From Eledone cirrhosa (taxonomy: Eukaryota), in the NCBI GenBank assembly GCA_964016885.1, contig OZ024753.1:2914001-2978000 (forward strand): 64,000 nucleotides of DNA, given 5' to 3'. Shown here one piece after another: positions 13,604 through 26,295 of the stretch. A program made the position numbers and the translations under genes. The notes below the pieces were generated by a model that did not search any database, was not told the origin of the DNA, and worked only from the letters and a program-made list of their open reading frames with translations. Each line of letters starts with the position of its first letter. Positions within the stretch are counted from its first letter, which is position 1.

Positions 13604-15113
13604 CACACACACATATATATTGATATACATATAAATACATATGCATACACACACACATATATATATATATGTGTGTATATATGAGATAAATCACAGATAA
13701 AAGTAGACCAAAATCATAGACATACTCACACTGATAGCAACACATGTAGATACATACATAGCAGCACTTACATGGCAACATATTTTGGTATTATAAATAG
13801 ATGTATGCAAAGTACACACACAGCATTTGAAACAGGCTGTAAACAAAGCTCGGAATAAATTCAAGTTTGAAAAGTGATCTAAAGGCTAAAGCTTTCCAGA
13901 CTCAGTCACTTCTTACTTAAGCTATCTTAGAAGTCACTGATTTGGAAATTGTAATTCCAAAAGACTTGATCACATTCATACTGACATACACAGGCAGTAC
14001 AGACTTTGGAATATTTCTATTTATAAAGCCGCAAGAGTCTGCTGATTTCTTAACTTTGTCAAGCACTAGTATTTCTTTCTTTAAGAATGATTTTTTTGCA
14101 AACTTTATTATTTTGAGGAAATCTCTCAACTTTAGTTTATATTGGTTTGTAGTATAAATAAATATTCTTCTTCTACTATATTTAATTTGCTTTAACTTAT
14201 TGTCTTAAATGTTTAAGGTTAGTAAATTTTCTAGTTTATTGTTATTTTGAATAGCTGAAGCCAAATCTGCCCATTGGAGAAAACCAGTACATTCTTTGAA
14301 ACAATTCCTAAAATTCAACTAAACAGATATACTAAGTACAGTCTCTTTAAATGACAGACTGTAGTTTATATTTTGACATCCTGTGGTTGAAATGTGTATA
14401 TTACTGGAGTAAAGGAAAATCACATTTAGTTGACTCAATAAAGTGAACTTAATAACAAATTTCAGGGCTTATGTATGATGACCAAACGAGTTTTCTCAGT
14501 GAGAAGGACACCTAACTGTAAAATAGTTACCATAGTAGACATCTGTTTTCATGACCAACTATACATTGTAACGTGAAATGATTTCCTTAGCTTGCAGTGC
14601 TAGGCTAAAACTTTCTCATGAATTAAATGTTCAAAATTCCCCACTTTACAAAACGCTCAAGTTAGATATAACCTGATTATGATTATTACATTTGTGACCC
14701 TGCTTGTAGACAGATCAGCTTTGATACAGCTATTTTGAGATATACATGTGTTTGGTAATTACACAGAATTGCTTTAATAACAATATAGAACCCCCTTTGC
14801 TGCCTTCATACAGTGTCTCTCTTCAATGCACATGTCTTGTTACAAGCAGCATACCAAGTTCCTTTTAGGTAAAGAAGGAATCATTTGTGTTACCAGCAGA
14901 AGTAACAGCAACCTGAACTTTTCCTCCAAATATGAATACCTATCACACTGCTAAGAAAGGAAACCTAACTTATGTATAAAACTACAGTAAAATAATGCAA
15001 GTTACAACTGCAAAACTATTTTAAAAACTGCTATAAAATGATGAGCTTTCAAGAGATAGGGCTAAGAGCTAAATTTCTAATTGCTCCTTATTAAATTAAT
15101 ACTCAGCTCTAAG

Positions 15114-15300
15114 GGCGGTGGATTGGCAGTATCGGTAGAGGGTCGGACGCCATGCTTTCCAGCATAGTTACGTCCCTTTACGATCTGAGTTCAAATCCCG
15201 CCGTGGTTGACTTTGCCTTTCATCCTTACGGGGTCGATAAAATAAAGTACCAGTAATGCACTGGGTAATTGCTGGCCTTGTGCCTAATGTAGAAACAATT
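15114..15300 (+). mobile_element. Full-length Nin/Deu-domain tRNA SINE with ~21-bp TSD
   Basis: A/B boxes and central domain. Flanks ttaaattaatactcagctcta (15091-15111) and ttaaattaatattcagatcta (15299-15319) differ at 2 positions. Confidence 0.92.
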
Positions 15301-15996
15301 AAATTAATATTCAGATCTATAATATACATAGCAGCTTGAATATATCTCTGGTCAATAGATAAAATAAAAAGTCAATCTTTGATTAAATCATATTGAAATC
15401 TTACAAATTGTACTTCACATAATTATCAGAAATGCAAAATTAATAGCACTCATCACTTCTCTTAAAGAAACCACACACTTTTTTTAATTATTTCATTAAT
15501 TTGCATTAATAATCAAGGCAATGATGGATTTAAATTTTGTTTAAGATCGTTAAATATTCAGGACTTTTGTTTTAATCACTGGAATCCAAAACATTTGGGA
15601 GACCTTCAAAGAAATTCCATTTGACAGAAGATTTTATACATATTTTCTAATTATTCTTGATGAGGAAACTTATTTCCAATTAGGTTGGGAGGAATTTTCA
15701 GCAGTTTCAAAGGCAAGAAAACTTCCCTAGTGCTGGTATCATAATAAAATGCATTCGATAGAGTGCATGATCCTATGTAAGTGAAATACAGGTCCTCAGC
15801 CTGTCTGAGCACTGAGCAGAGTGAGGGAAGGTATGTAAGTAAGGTGCAGGTCTTGATAATATTGATGAAAAAATATCAACTTCACCAAAGCAAAACATAT
15901 CAAAATCACTCAATCTAGATGAAAAGCTAGTGTGTGGTCTGAGAAACCACACACTAGCATCTTGAAAACAGGTAGGGTACATTGAATTATCTCTTT

Positions 15997-16224
15997 TTAA
16001 CCCTTTAGCATTTACATTACTCTATATTTACTATTGTATTTTCACAGTAAACACTTTATTTCTCATAATTTTCTCACATAATATCGAATCTACAAAATTT
16101 TGATATGATATATTTTGAGAACAATACCTTAGCCTAAATAAGAGCAGCCAGTTGTGGCCGGTTTGAACAGAGAGAGGAGAGAATTCTGGTCGAATACGGT
16201 CGGTTTAAATGCTAAAGCATTAAA
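15997..16224. mobile_element. piggyBac-type MITE (TTAA flanks, CCC-start TIR)
   Basis: ttaa|ccctttagcattta ... taaatgctaaagca|ttaa. Further copies at 20883-21070 (partial, opposite orientation), 52266-52494, 55047-55255 and 63037-63218. Confidence 0.75.
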
Positions 16225-17789
16225 ATACTCTTAAAAAGACAGGATGGCCCACACTGAAATACCAAACTAGTATTCAGCATGGTTTCTACAGTTGGATGCC
16301 CTCCCTAACAACCAGCAGGAGCAATTGTTTGATAGCTGACTGCTTTTTCTATAGCTAAATAAATGAACATCAAACAGTGATGTAGGAGTGGGAGATAGTT
16401 ATGTGTCTTAAACAATGGTGCAATACTTAGATGATGTTAAGGATTAAATTCATAACAATGTGGTCAGCAGTTCACCAGCTTACTCAGACAGTCATTTTCT
16501 TACTAATTATGTTTGAAATATATGATTTCTAGTGAAATTTCTTTAAATTGCACTGAACATAGTGCTATAATAATTAGTTTGCAGAGGAAATGGCTTATTC
16601 AACTAAAATAAGTACTTTGGTCATTGATATTTCTCTTATATAGTCTAATTGTGAATAAATCAATGAAAAATATTGACTAATTCCAGTGAAATGTCTCTAG
16701 ACAAAGTTGGTCATAGTTTCAATGAAAACAGCCTATTTTTCTTAACTAATATTTCATCAGCCAGACAAATATCAAGAGTATACATATTTATGAAGTCTTG
16801 GGCATAATCACATTCTCAAAATATATTGATTTAAAGGAAACAAGCTCTAGGGACTTTTCACTCGTGTGAATTTTAAGATATTAAGATAATACAGCAAATT
16901 TCTTCCTTCAAATAATATATATTTGCTTATATCATGACAAAATAAGTGACAGATAAGAACTACACTTCATTTTTACGATAGTGACTTGTTTAGAGCCCTC
17001 CAGTTCTAGTTTCAGATCTGTCAATGTTAGCCTTACTTTTCATCATACTTGTAACAGCTTAATTTAATTGACTCCATAATTCACCCAGAAACCTTGGAAT
17101 TAACCCTTTGATTACCATATTTATTCTTTTATACTGAAAGACACTGTCTATTATTTTGAAATAATGTTGAAAATAATCAAAATTTTGGAGGGATTTAGTA
17201 ATATAACTAAGTTTCTCATTATTAAGTTATTGTTTCAGACCTACCTTAACAAAGGTTCTTAGATAAAATTATGATGGAAGATTTTGGGGGCTAAATACTT
17301 CAAAGTAAACTAATTTTGTATGATATAATCAAAGGTAGTTTTGTATCAAATGTATTAAGCTTCATTAAAAGAAATAATTTCTCCTCATAAGAGTGATTGC
17401 TACAGATGATGATGGCTTGGATACAGCTCTGGTCATACATGGAACATTTCTCTGTCACTTTTATCAGTTAACTGGACAGTTTGAGTTAAGCTATGTCTGA
17501 GTGAAAAGAAACTGTCAGTACATCATCATCATCACTATCCACACTGTTTAACATCCATTTTTCCACGATAGCTAGCAAATATGTTTAAAAACTGTTGCCA
17601 TCAGACATATTTAACTGTCATACATGACTAAAAAGGGAGGAAAATGCCTTAAATTTTTGTGTTTTTAACCAGCTACCATTTTAAGGCCAGTTTAATCAAG
17701 TAGGATTGTAACATCGTAAGTCAGCAGAGTACTCAATACTTGGGATAATTAGTAAAATGTCTACAAAACATATACATATACACCAGGTC

Positions 17790-18110
17790 CGAACACAAAG
17801 GAACCAAGCTCCCACTTTCACTGCCTCTGTCTCTATCACTCTCCCCATTGGAGCAGCCAATACCTGGGCCCCATAAATAGGGGTCCAGGCATTGGCTGCT
17901 CCACAGCCCTGGTGGACTGGCTGCCCTGCGGCCCTGGTGGACAAAATAGAGAAGGCGTTTACCCGGAGGATGGTGAGGGACATGCCCTGGAAGAGCCATT
18001 TCAGCTCACAAGGATCACACCTGCAGGTAGCTGACGCTGTACCGATCATGGTGAGTAGGGAGGGGTGGCTTTAGGGTTAAGGACACCGGAAGTCTCCACT
18101 GCTACAGGCT
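17790..18110 (+). mobile_element. Decayed CR1/L2/Jockey-like LINE RT C-terminal fragment
   Basis: GC-richer segment with ...ANTWAP... and LVDKIEKAFTRR, resembling the post-RT W.P....IE.VQRRFTR motif. Confidence 0.45.
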
Positions 18111-18943
18111 CAACTACAAACCTGTCAGAGAGCAATCAATATTTGGTGTCAATTACTTGCAGGTAGTTTGTCTTTAATAGATACTGTAAAAGAGATTATG
18201 TAGGCTCTTGATTACATAAGCTGACCTCAAAACCTTTTCAGCTAACTAACATGGAGAATGAAGATAGGCTGAGAAGCCATATCTTTGAGTGCGTTCATTA
18301 TAAGGTTTCCTCCTTATATTAGCAAGACGTTTGCATCTGTCTAAAATAGCAGAAAGTATTTATTTGTTTGGTATAATAAATGGAGGGCTTTAGGCATCTT
18401 GATTCTTCCTGAGTCATTATAATCTCAATGAGCCACCAAGGGAGATTCTATTTAGTCACACATCATCATCGTTTAGCGTCCATCTTCCACGCTAGCATGG
18501 GTTGGATAGGTTTGTCCCACTTGAGGCAAGATTGGTTGGGTGACCATGTCTTGCTCGTATAGAACTGTTTCTGACAGGTTTTCTACGGCTGGATGCCCTT
18601 CCTAACACCAACCACATTTACAGTGTGTGTGTCTGTCTGTGTGTGTATGTGTATGTGTGCATATGCATGTGTGCATGTGTGTTTATTGGTTAAACAATTC
18701 TAAGGAATTATGTAAACAATATTGATAGAATACTTTAGTAAACAATATATTGAAAGTACAAAAATATAGAATAATGATCATCTACTAATTGAGAATATAG
18801 TAATTGATTTGTTAGTAGTTCTGATAACAGGACATGGCTCTCCTTACAATAAAGATAGTGAAGTTGTTTACCTGGCAGAAACTATCATTATTTTTACTTT
18901 CAATATATTATTTAAAAATATACACCAATTACACACACCCATC

Positions 18944-18987
<44 letters not shown>

Positions 18988-18991
<4 letters not shown>

Positions 18992-19113
18992 TTAATATAG
19001 ATGAGATTCTACAGGACTAGAACTGTTTCATTCTTTAGAAATCATCAGGAATCTGATGATTTCTAAAGAATGAAACAGTTCTAGTCCTGTAGAATCTCAT
19101 CTATATTAAAACT
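18988..19113. repeat. Perfect 61-bp inverted repeat with 4-nt spacer
   Basis: Arm 18988-19048 is the exact reverse complement of 19053-19113; spacer gaat; (TA)n upstream and at 19186. Confidence 0.95.
19005..19053 (-). ncRNA. Type-I hammerhead ribozyme motif
   Basis: Minus strand: GATTC-CTGATGA-T TTC TAAA GAA T-GAAACAG TTCTAGTC CTGT A-GAATC. Stem I is a perfect 5-6 bp; stem III ACAG/CTGT has CTAG in its loop; GUA site. Confidence 0.8.
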
Positions 19114-19182
19114 TTTATACTCTGCAATGAATTGAGTACCTTACTTACTGTGGTTACCTCCGATTCAACCCGGAATAACATA

Positions 19183-19184
<2 letters not shown>

Positions 19185-19250
<66 letters not shown>

Positions 19251-19294
19251 CGTATCTATATGTATGTGTTTATATCTATGTGTATGTGCGTATG

Positions 19295-19327
<33 letters not shown>

Positions 19328-19354
19328 GTGCATATCTATATGTATGTGTTTATG

Positions 19355-19388
<34 letters not shown>

Positions 19389-19454
19389 CGTATCTATATA
19401 TATATGTGTGTATATCTATAAGTATGTGTGTATATCTATGTGTATGTGTGTATG

Positions 19455-19507
<53 letters not shown>

Positions 19508-19588
19508 GTATGTGTGTGTATGTGTGTGTGCGTATCTATAAGTATGTGTTTATATCTATAAGTATGTGTATATCTATGTGTATGTGTG

Positions 19589-19638
<50 letters not shown>

Positions 19639-19798
19639 CGTATCTATATGTATGTGTTTATACCTATAAGTATGTGTGTATATCTATGTGTATGTGTGTA
19701 TGTATATATATGTATGTATATATGTGTATGTGTGCATATCTATATGTATCTGTTTATATCTATAAGTATGGGTGTATATCTATGTGTATGTGTGTATG

Positions 19799-19831
<33 letters not shown>

Positions 19832-19896
19832 GCATATCTATATGTATGTGTTTATATCTATAAGTATGTGTGTATATCTATATGTATGTGTGTATG

Positions 19897-19930
<34 letters not shown>

Positions 19931-20088
19931 CATATCTATATGTATGTGTTTATATCTATAAGTATGTGTGTATATCTATAAGTATGTGTGTATGTATACA
20001 TATATATATATGTGTGTGTGTGTGTGTGCGTATCTATATGTATGTGTTTATATCTATAAGTAAGTGTGTATATCTATCTGTATGTGTG

Positions 20089-20141
<53 letters not shown>

Positions 20142-20271
20142 ATCTATATGTATGTGTTTATATCTATAAGTATGTGTGTATATCTATGTGTGTGTGTGTG
20201 TGTGTGTGTGCGTATCTATATGTATGTGTTTATATCTATAAGTATGTGTGTATATCTATGTGTATGTGTGT

Positions 20272-20344
<73 letters not shown>

Positions 20345-20360
20345 TATATATGTGTGTGTG

Positions 20361-20410
<50 letters not shown>
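19185..20410. repeat. Compound TA/TG minisatellite (higher-order unit containing gcgtatctatatgtatgtgtttatatctataagtatg)
   Basis: Roughly ten variable-length units visible. Confidence 0.9.
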
Positions 20411-21073
20411 AACATACTTAGAGATATAGCCTGTTGCTTTCCATTTTTGTCATCTATCTCATTAATTATATTATGTTAGTGAATATAATGCTTCTCTTTC
20501 TTTCATATAGTTCAGTCAGAAGATAGACTGTATCATTATCATTAATATATTGTCTATTCTATTGAGTTTCATAAAGTATCAGTTTTTGATAAGTAATTGA
20601 TAAAGTGGGGTCACATCTTAGGTGGTCAATTAATTCTTCACTCTTGTATCATACTCAAGATCCTTATCGAAGTGATGTTTTGATTGGCAAAGATATCACA
20701 TCAGGTTCTATAGGTGGGTAAGAAAACCCAGCAAAAGATTGATAGCAGAAAGGGTTAGCATTTGCCTCCTTATCCCTTTCCCGGTTGCATTTCTAATGGA
20801 ATGCACTCTATATTAATTAATCTATGAAAAATCTTGAGGGATTTACTAAAATTATTAATTATTTCATTATTAAGATAGTAACTTAACCTTTAGCATTTAA
20901 ACCAGCCATATCTGGCCAGAATTCTCTCACCTCTTTCCGTTCAAACCAGCCATAACTGGCTGCTCATATTTATGTTAAGGTATTGTTCTCAAAATAAATA
21001 ATATCAAAATATCATAGATTCAATATTATGTGAGATAATTACATGAAAATGTAATAGTATATCTAGAGTATAA

Positions 21074-21550
21074 TTACCATCACCACCACTACCACCACCA
21101 CTGCTAGTACTACTATTACTACCATCACCACCACTACCACCACCACTGCTAGTACTACTATTACTACCATCACCACCACTACCACCACCACAGCTAGTAC
21201 TACTATTACTACCATCACCACCACTACTATCACCACTGCTAGTACTACTAGTGGTAGTAGTCGTGATGATGGTAGTAATAGTAGTACTAGCTGTGGTGGT
21301 GGTAGTAATAGTAGTACTAGCAGTGGTAGTAGTAGTGGTGGTGATGGTAGTAATAGTAGTACTAGCAGTGGTAGTAGTAGTGGTGGTGATGGTAGTAATA
21401 GTAGTACTAGCAGTGGTGGTGGTAGTGGTGGTGGTAGTAGTGGTGGTGGTAGTACTCGTAGTAGTATTAGTGCTAGTAGTGTCCATGGTAGCGATCGTGA
21501 TAGTGGTGGTGATACTATTAGTATTAGTAGTACTAGTAATAGTGTTTGTG

Positions 21551-21589
<39 letters not shown>

Positions 21590-21712
21590 ATAATAGTAGT
21601 AGTAGTAGTAGTAGTAGTAATGTCCATGGTAGTAGTGGTAGTAGTAGTAGTAATGTCCATGGTAGTAGTAGTAGTAGTAGTAGTAGTAGTTGTAGTAGTA
21701 GTAATGTCCATT
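21074..21712. repeat. Trinucleotide-derived 45-bp minisatellite with fold-back inversion, then (GTA)n
   Basis: Four CAC/TAC-rich units to about 21250, followed by their reverse complements. Confidence 0.9.
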
Positions 21713-21779
21713 ACATAATTAGAAACATCGAAACTAAAACAACCGAAATAAATAAACTAATAAAATCATATAAATGAAT

Positions 21780-22920
21780 GCTCTCTCACACACAGACACA
21801 CACTCTCTCTCACACACATACACACACTCTCTCACACACATAGACACAGACACACACTCTCTCACACACATACACACATACACACATACACACTCTCACA
21901 GACATACACACACTCTCACACATACACACACTCTCACACATACACACACTCACAAACACACACACACACAGTTACATCAGTCACCACACACACACTCACA
22001 GTTACATCAGTCACCACACACTCACAAACACACACACACACTTACAAACACACACAGTTATAGCAGTTACCACACACACACACACACATCATCTCACACA
22101 CACCTCACATGCAGTTACATCAATCACCACACACACATACACACACACTCACAAACACACATCACCTCACACATACAAGCATATATCATATCACACATAT
22201 CACACCAATCACATCGCACACATGCCCACAGACACACAGACACTCAAACACACATAACCTCACACACAATCACATCAATCACCACACATACATACATACA
22301 CACAATCACATGCACCCAAACACATATCACTTCACACATACAATCATACCAATCACCACACATATACAATCACACACACACTCACAAACACATCACTTTA
22401 CACATATAATCACATCAATCACTACACACACACTCACAAACACACACAACCACACCAATCAACACACACATACACATTCACAAATCACCTTACACATAGT
22501 TTACTCAAATACCCATAAAACACCTCACATACTGACACACACTCACACACACACTACCGAATCCCTCTACACCCAAGCCACTCACAAGATCACACAGACA
22601 CACACACACCAACAAATCCCTCTACACACATGCCACTCACAAGATCACACAGACACACACACACCAACAAATTCAAGATCACTCAGACACACACTGATAT
22701 ACACACACCAACAAATTCTCCCACACACAAGCCACTCACAAGATCACACAGACAGACACACACAAGATCACACAGACCCACAGATATACACACACTACCA
22801 AAACCTTCTACACACAAACCACTCACAAGATGACACAGCACAGACAAGATCACAAACAGACACACAACCACCAATCCCTCTACACACAGGCCACTTACAA
22901 GACCACACACAGACACACAG
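21780..22920. repeat. Degenerate (CA)-rich satellite
   Basis: Directly visible; source of the HT-rich ORFs. Confidence 0.9.
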
Positions 22921-23280
22921 GTTCAATTTGTTTGATATAAGTATGAAGTAATTGGGTTAATTAACCTTCAGATATGTTCTAGAAATAATAACTATAGCGA
23001 ATTCATCCTATACACTGTTTGGGAAATATATGCTAAATCTTGCAAATGCTTTTCAAAACACCTGCCCACATACTCTTCATCAATATATCATCATCATCAT
23101 CATGCTTATATTCTCCACCAATACATTATTGTCATCATGATTGTCATCATCATCATCATCTGTCGTGCTATGAGACACAATAAGCTCACACGTAGCTATA
23201 TCTTGGCTTCATTTCTACAGCTGGATGCCTTTCCTAATGCCAACTACATTACTTATGTGTGCATGTATATATATATATAT

Positions 23281-23520
23281 ATAGGAACGAGTAGGACCCC
23301 GACGGCTGAGCTCAAGCCGTTTCGACGGCTAATTCCCGACGGCTGAGCTCAAGCCGTTTCGACGGCTAATTCTGGACAGAATTAGTCCAGAATTAGCCGT
23401 TGAAACGGCTTGAGCTCAGCCGTCGGGGTCCTACTCGTTCCTATTACCCACTCTACTACCCTAAGTATTGAGTACTTTGGTGCATTATGGTCCACCTGGT
23501 TCCTTACCACATTTCCTTCG
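23281..23520 (+). mobile_element. (TA)n-flanked PLE-like terminal module with inverted duplication and half hammerhead
   Basis: Left arm from 23281 is inverted relative to about 23386-23444, with an internal 37-bp tandem duplication. The right arm has GAAACGGC-ttgagctca-GCCGTC (stem III, GUC), followed by aagtattgagtact. Confidence 0.7.
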
Positions 23521-23584
23521 TTATATATATATAGTATAAGAATAAGAACAAAGAGTCAGTGTTGCATCATAACATATTTTGTAA

Positions 23585-23663
23585 CATATTACACATGTTT
23601 CACTGTCAATCAGCTCGAGGAATAATCGAACCTGACGCTGGAATCGAAAGATCCTCAGATATG
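23585..23663 (-). ncRNA. Type-I hammerhead ribozyme motif with extended stem II
   Basis: Minus strand: CATAT-CTGAGGA-[tctttcgattccagc...gctgattgacagt]-GAAAC ATGT GT A-ATATG. Stem I is a perfect 5 bp; GUA site; (TA)n on both sides. Confidence 0.75.
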
Positions 23664-23786
23664 CCTCAGTATGTAAGCTCCCGGCATACCGCCTATGGAT
23701 GCAATGTTTTTGCACCTATACACCTATATATATATATACGATATTAAATAAATGGAAACTATATTTATAAAACCATATTTATTTCA

Positions 23787-23840
23787 TTATACATATTTCA
23801 GGGATACCAAATTAAAATATGGTATGCCTTCATCAGATAA
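23787..23840 (-). ncRNA. Decayed hammerhead motif
   Basis: Minus strand: TTAT-CTGATGA-AGG C ATACCA..TGGTAT C CCT-GAAATATGT-ATAA. Appears to lack one base at the cleavage site. Confidence 0.5.
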
Positions 23841-24273
23841 AATACAATATATAAACAGTTTTATAAATAATTTTGACGTACCCTATTAAATGCAACCATT
23901 ATTTTTGGAAGCTGTCTTGATAGTGAGATGTTTATAATTATTTTATTAGTTATAGTATTAATAAATGAAACAAAACAAAACAAAACACAGGAAGCAAAAT
24001 TACAATTATATTAGGTCAACATCACATACATATATAAGTGTAACTATCCTTTACTATGTCTGATCATCCTGTGAGAAGAAACCTCATCACTTAGCCATGG
24101 TCGGCGAAGGGAATAACTCGTATGACCGGTAACATATCAATGACTATTTACATCTCATGTGAATTTTTGTCTGAAGAGAACATGTTGGGCAGCTGTTATA
24201 CAACTACCATACATCTTCGAAATATTTATAACAAAATAAATAGGGATGGACAAATGAAAATGTCTTTCTTGTT

Positions 24274-24329
<56 letters not shown>

Positions 24330-24333
<4 letters not shown>

Positions 24334-24768
24334 TAAAATAATAGATTAAAGTTTAAGCAAAGAATCGCTGCTTTCACCCTTAACGGGATCTTCTGAAACT
24401 AACAAAGTCAATCTGTAAACGCAGAACTGGATATTTCAAAAAACGTTGCAACCGGAGGAAGACAGGAAGACGATACTTTGGTTCGTGGAAACGTTCGCTG
24501 GCGAAGAACGGGAACAAACGAATAATACGTCAGTAATAGGAGCGGTGAAAAACATTTACGCGCAAAGACAGAACCACGTTTATGGTATAAAAGAGGTTGT
24601 AGACTAATGTTCTCTTAGGTGGTGATTATACATATTAGTTTTGCGAGGTTTTTGATATGAAATCGTGTGTCGAAACAAATATTGTTATACTTGGGGAGGG
24701 TCATATTTGTGAGTGTGTTCTGTTATTAATTCTGGCAATATTACACAAATATGACCCTCCCCAAGTAT

Positions 24769-24775
<7 letters not shown>
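24330..24775. mobile_element. (TA)n-flanked CpG-retaining insert with terminal 32-bp inverted repeat
   Basis: tattgttatacttggggagggtcatatttgtg (about 24680-24711) pairs with cacaaatatgaccctccccaagtataacaata (about 24744-24775). A hammerhead-like relic (cagaaga-tccc..gggt-gaaa) lies on the minus strand at about 24372-24396. Confidence 0.55.
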
Positions 24776-24809
<34 letters not shown>

Positions 24810-24970
24810 TCATATGATTTATTTCATAGGACTAAAACTGTTTTAACCCATCCAAAACTGTTTCTCGTTCTATGAACGACACCATCTATTTTAAAAGGTT
24901 CCTATATAAATAAAAATCAATTGATATGAAAAAAAATTTGTTAAATTATATTACAGACACCATCTTAATA

Positions 24971-25340
24971 ATTGTTTCTACTTTAGGCACAAGGCCAGCA
25001 ATTACCCAGTGCATTACTGGTACTTTATTTTATCGACCCCGTAAGGATGAAAGGCAAAGTCAACCTCGGCGGGATTTGAACTCAGATCGTTAAGGGACGT
25101 AACTATGCTGGAAAGCATGGCATCCGACCCTCTACCAATACTGCCAATCCACTGCCTTTTCTAATTTAGGCACAAGGCCAATAATTTGGGGGAAGGGGAA
25201 GTCAATTACATTGAATCAGATACATAACTGGTACTTTATTTTATCAACCACAGATGAAAGAACTCAGAACATAAACGGTTATAATTAAATGCTGCAAAGC
25301 ATTTAATACAATACACTAAAAATTCTGCCAATCTCCTGCC
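24971..25340 (-). mobile_element. Two adjacent Nin/Deu-domain SINEs (one young, one old)
   Basis: Reverse complements of the 15114 family. Confidence 0.85.
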
Positions 25341-25754
25341 TTTACCATCTTATTATTGATGTAAATAATAATTTTAGTTATATCTCAATACAAATATAGT
25401 GTATTTCTTTGGAATAGAGTAATGAAAAGGTGAATTTACACAAAATTGTGCTGTTTGTGTTCTATTTATTGACTTGAAAGTGACTTGTATTAAATGTGTG
25501 CTATGTCTAGCAGGGCTATTCTTTAAAATAATGTTAATATAATTATTTAGTATCTAATACAAACGATAGTTATTGAACCTGTTCAGCAATCTTTAGACCT
25601 ATCTGTTTATAGTGTTTTTTTATGATCGGGATTTACATGCTGGCTTTATTTATTTATGAACACATTTTCTTTCTATTTTTACAGCTATATTTGTGATGAC
25701 ACTGATAATGTCCAAATTGAAATTTTGTTAATTAAAAATTTCTATAAATAAATG

Positions 25755-25813
<59 letters not shown>

Positions 25814-26109
25814 AAGTTAAAGAATATTTTGAGAATTTGGTTGGGTGTGAACTGTAATTAAAATTGAGTGCCACGGCATGAGGTGGATAGCAGTTTTTAA
25901 ACACACGGGACTAATGAAACATTTGTTAATACTTGGAATAAACCCTACTGTACAGTCGATCCATGTTATTCTTCCCTCATTTATTATATATATATACACA
26001 ATAAATCGAAATAAAAACATCTTGATCTCATTGTTTTGTAGCGATGTCGATGAAAATAAGATTCAAAACAACCGATTCCACTTATGCAAAAATATTCCAG
26101 AAAACACTG

Positions 26110-26295
26110 CAGTGGATTGGCAGTATCGGTAGAGCATCAGACATCATGCTTCGTAGCATGGAGTTATGGCCCTTTATGTTCTGAGTTCAAATACTGCTGA
26201 GGTTAGCTTTGCATTTTATCCTTACGAGTTTGATTTAATCAACATTCTCCTCCCCTTAAATTGCTGACCGACCTTGTGCCTATAGTAGAAATCAT
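26110..26295 (+). mobile_element. Nin/Deu-domain SINE, diverged
   Basis: A/B boxes and the ccttgtgcctatagtagaaa tail. Confidence 0.75.

Noticed and set aside
13917-14157. Overlapping 70-aa ORFs on both strands
   Set aside because: No recognisable domain or splice-site framing.
14890-14945. Minus-strand IWRK as candidate next Dpr exon
   Set aside because: In-frame stop within 13 codons and no acceptor in the right phase.
15114-15200. tRNA gene candidates (A and B boxes)
   Set aside because: They continue into SINE body and tail with TSDs and no cloverleaf is evident; these are SINE heads.
21004-21718. Mucin-like poly-Thr/Gly-Ser ORF and antisense poly-Val ORF
   Set aside because: Product of trinucleotide repeats and a fold-back inversion; open on both strands for trivial reasons.
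19132-22951. Long YI/CV/HT-rich ORFs
   Set aside because: Dinucleotide satellites that lack stop codons.
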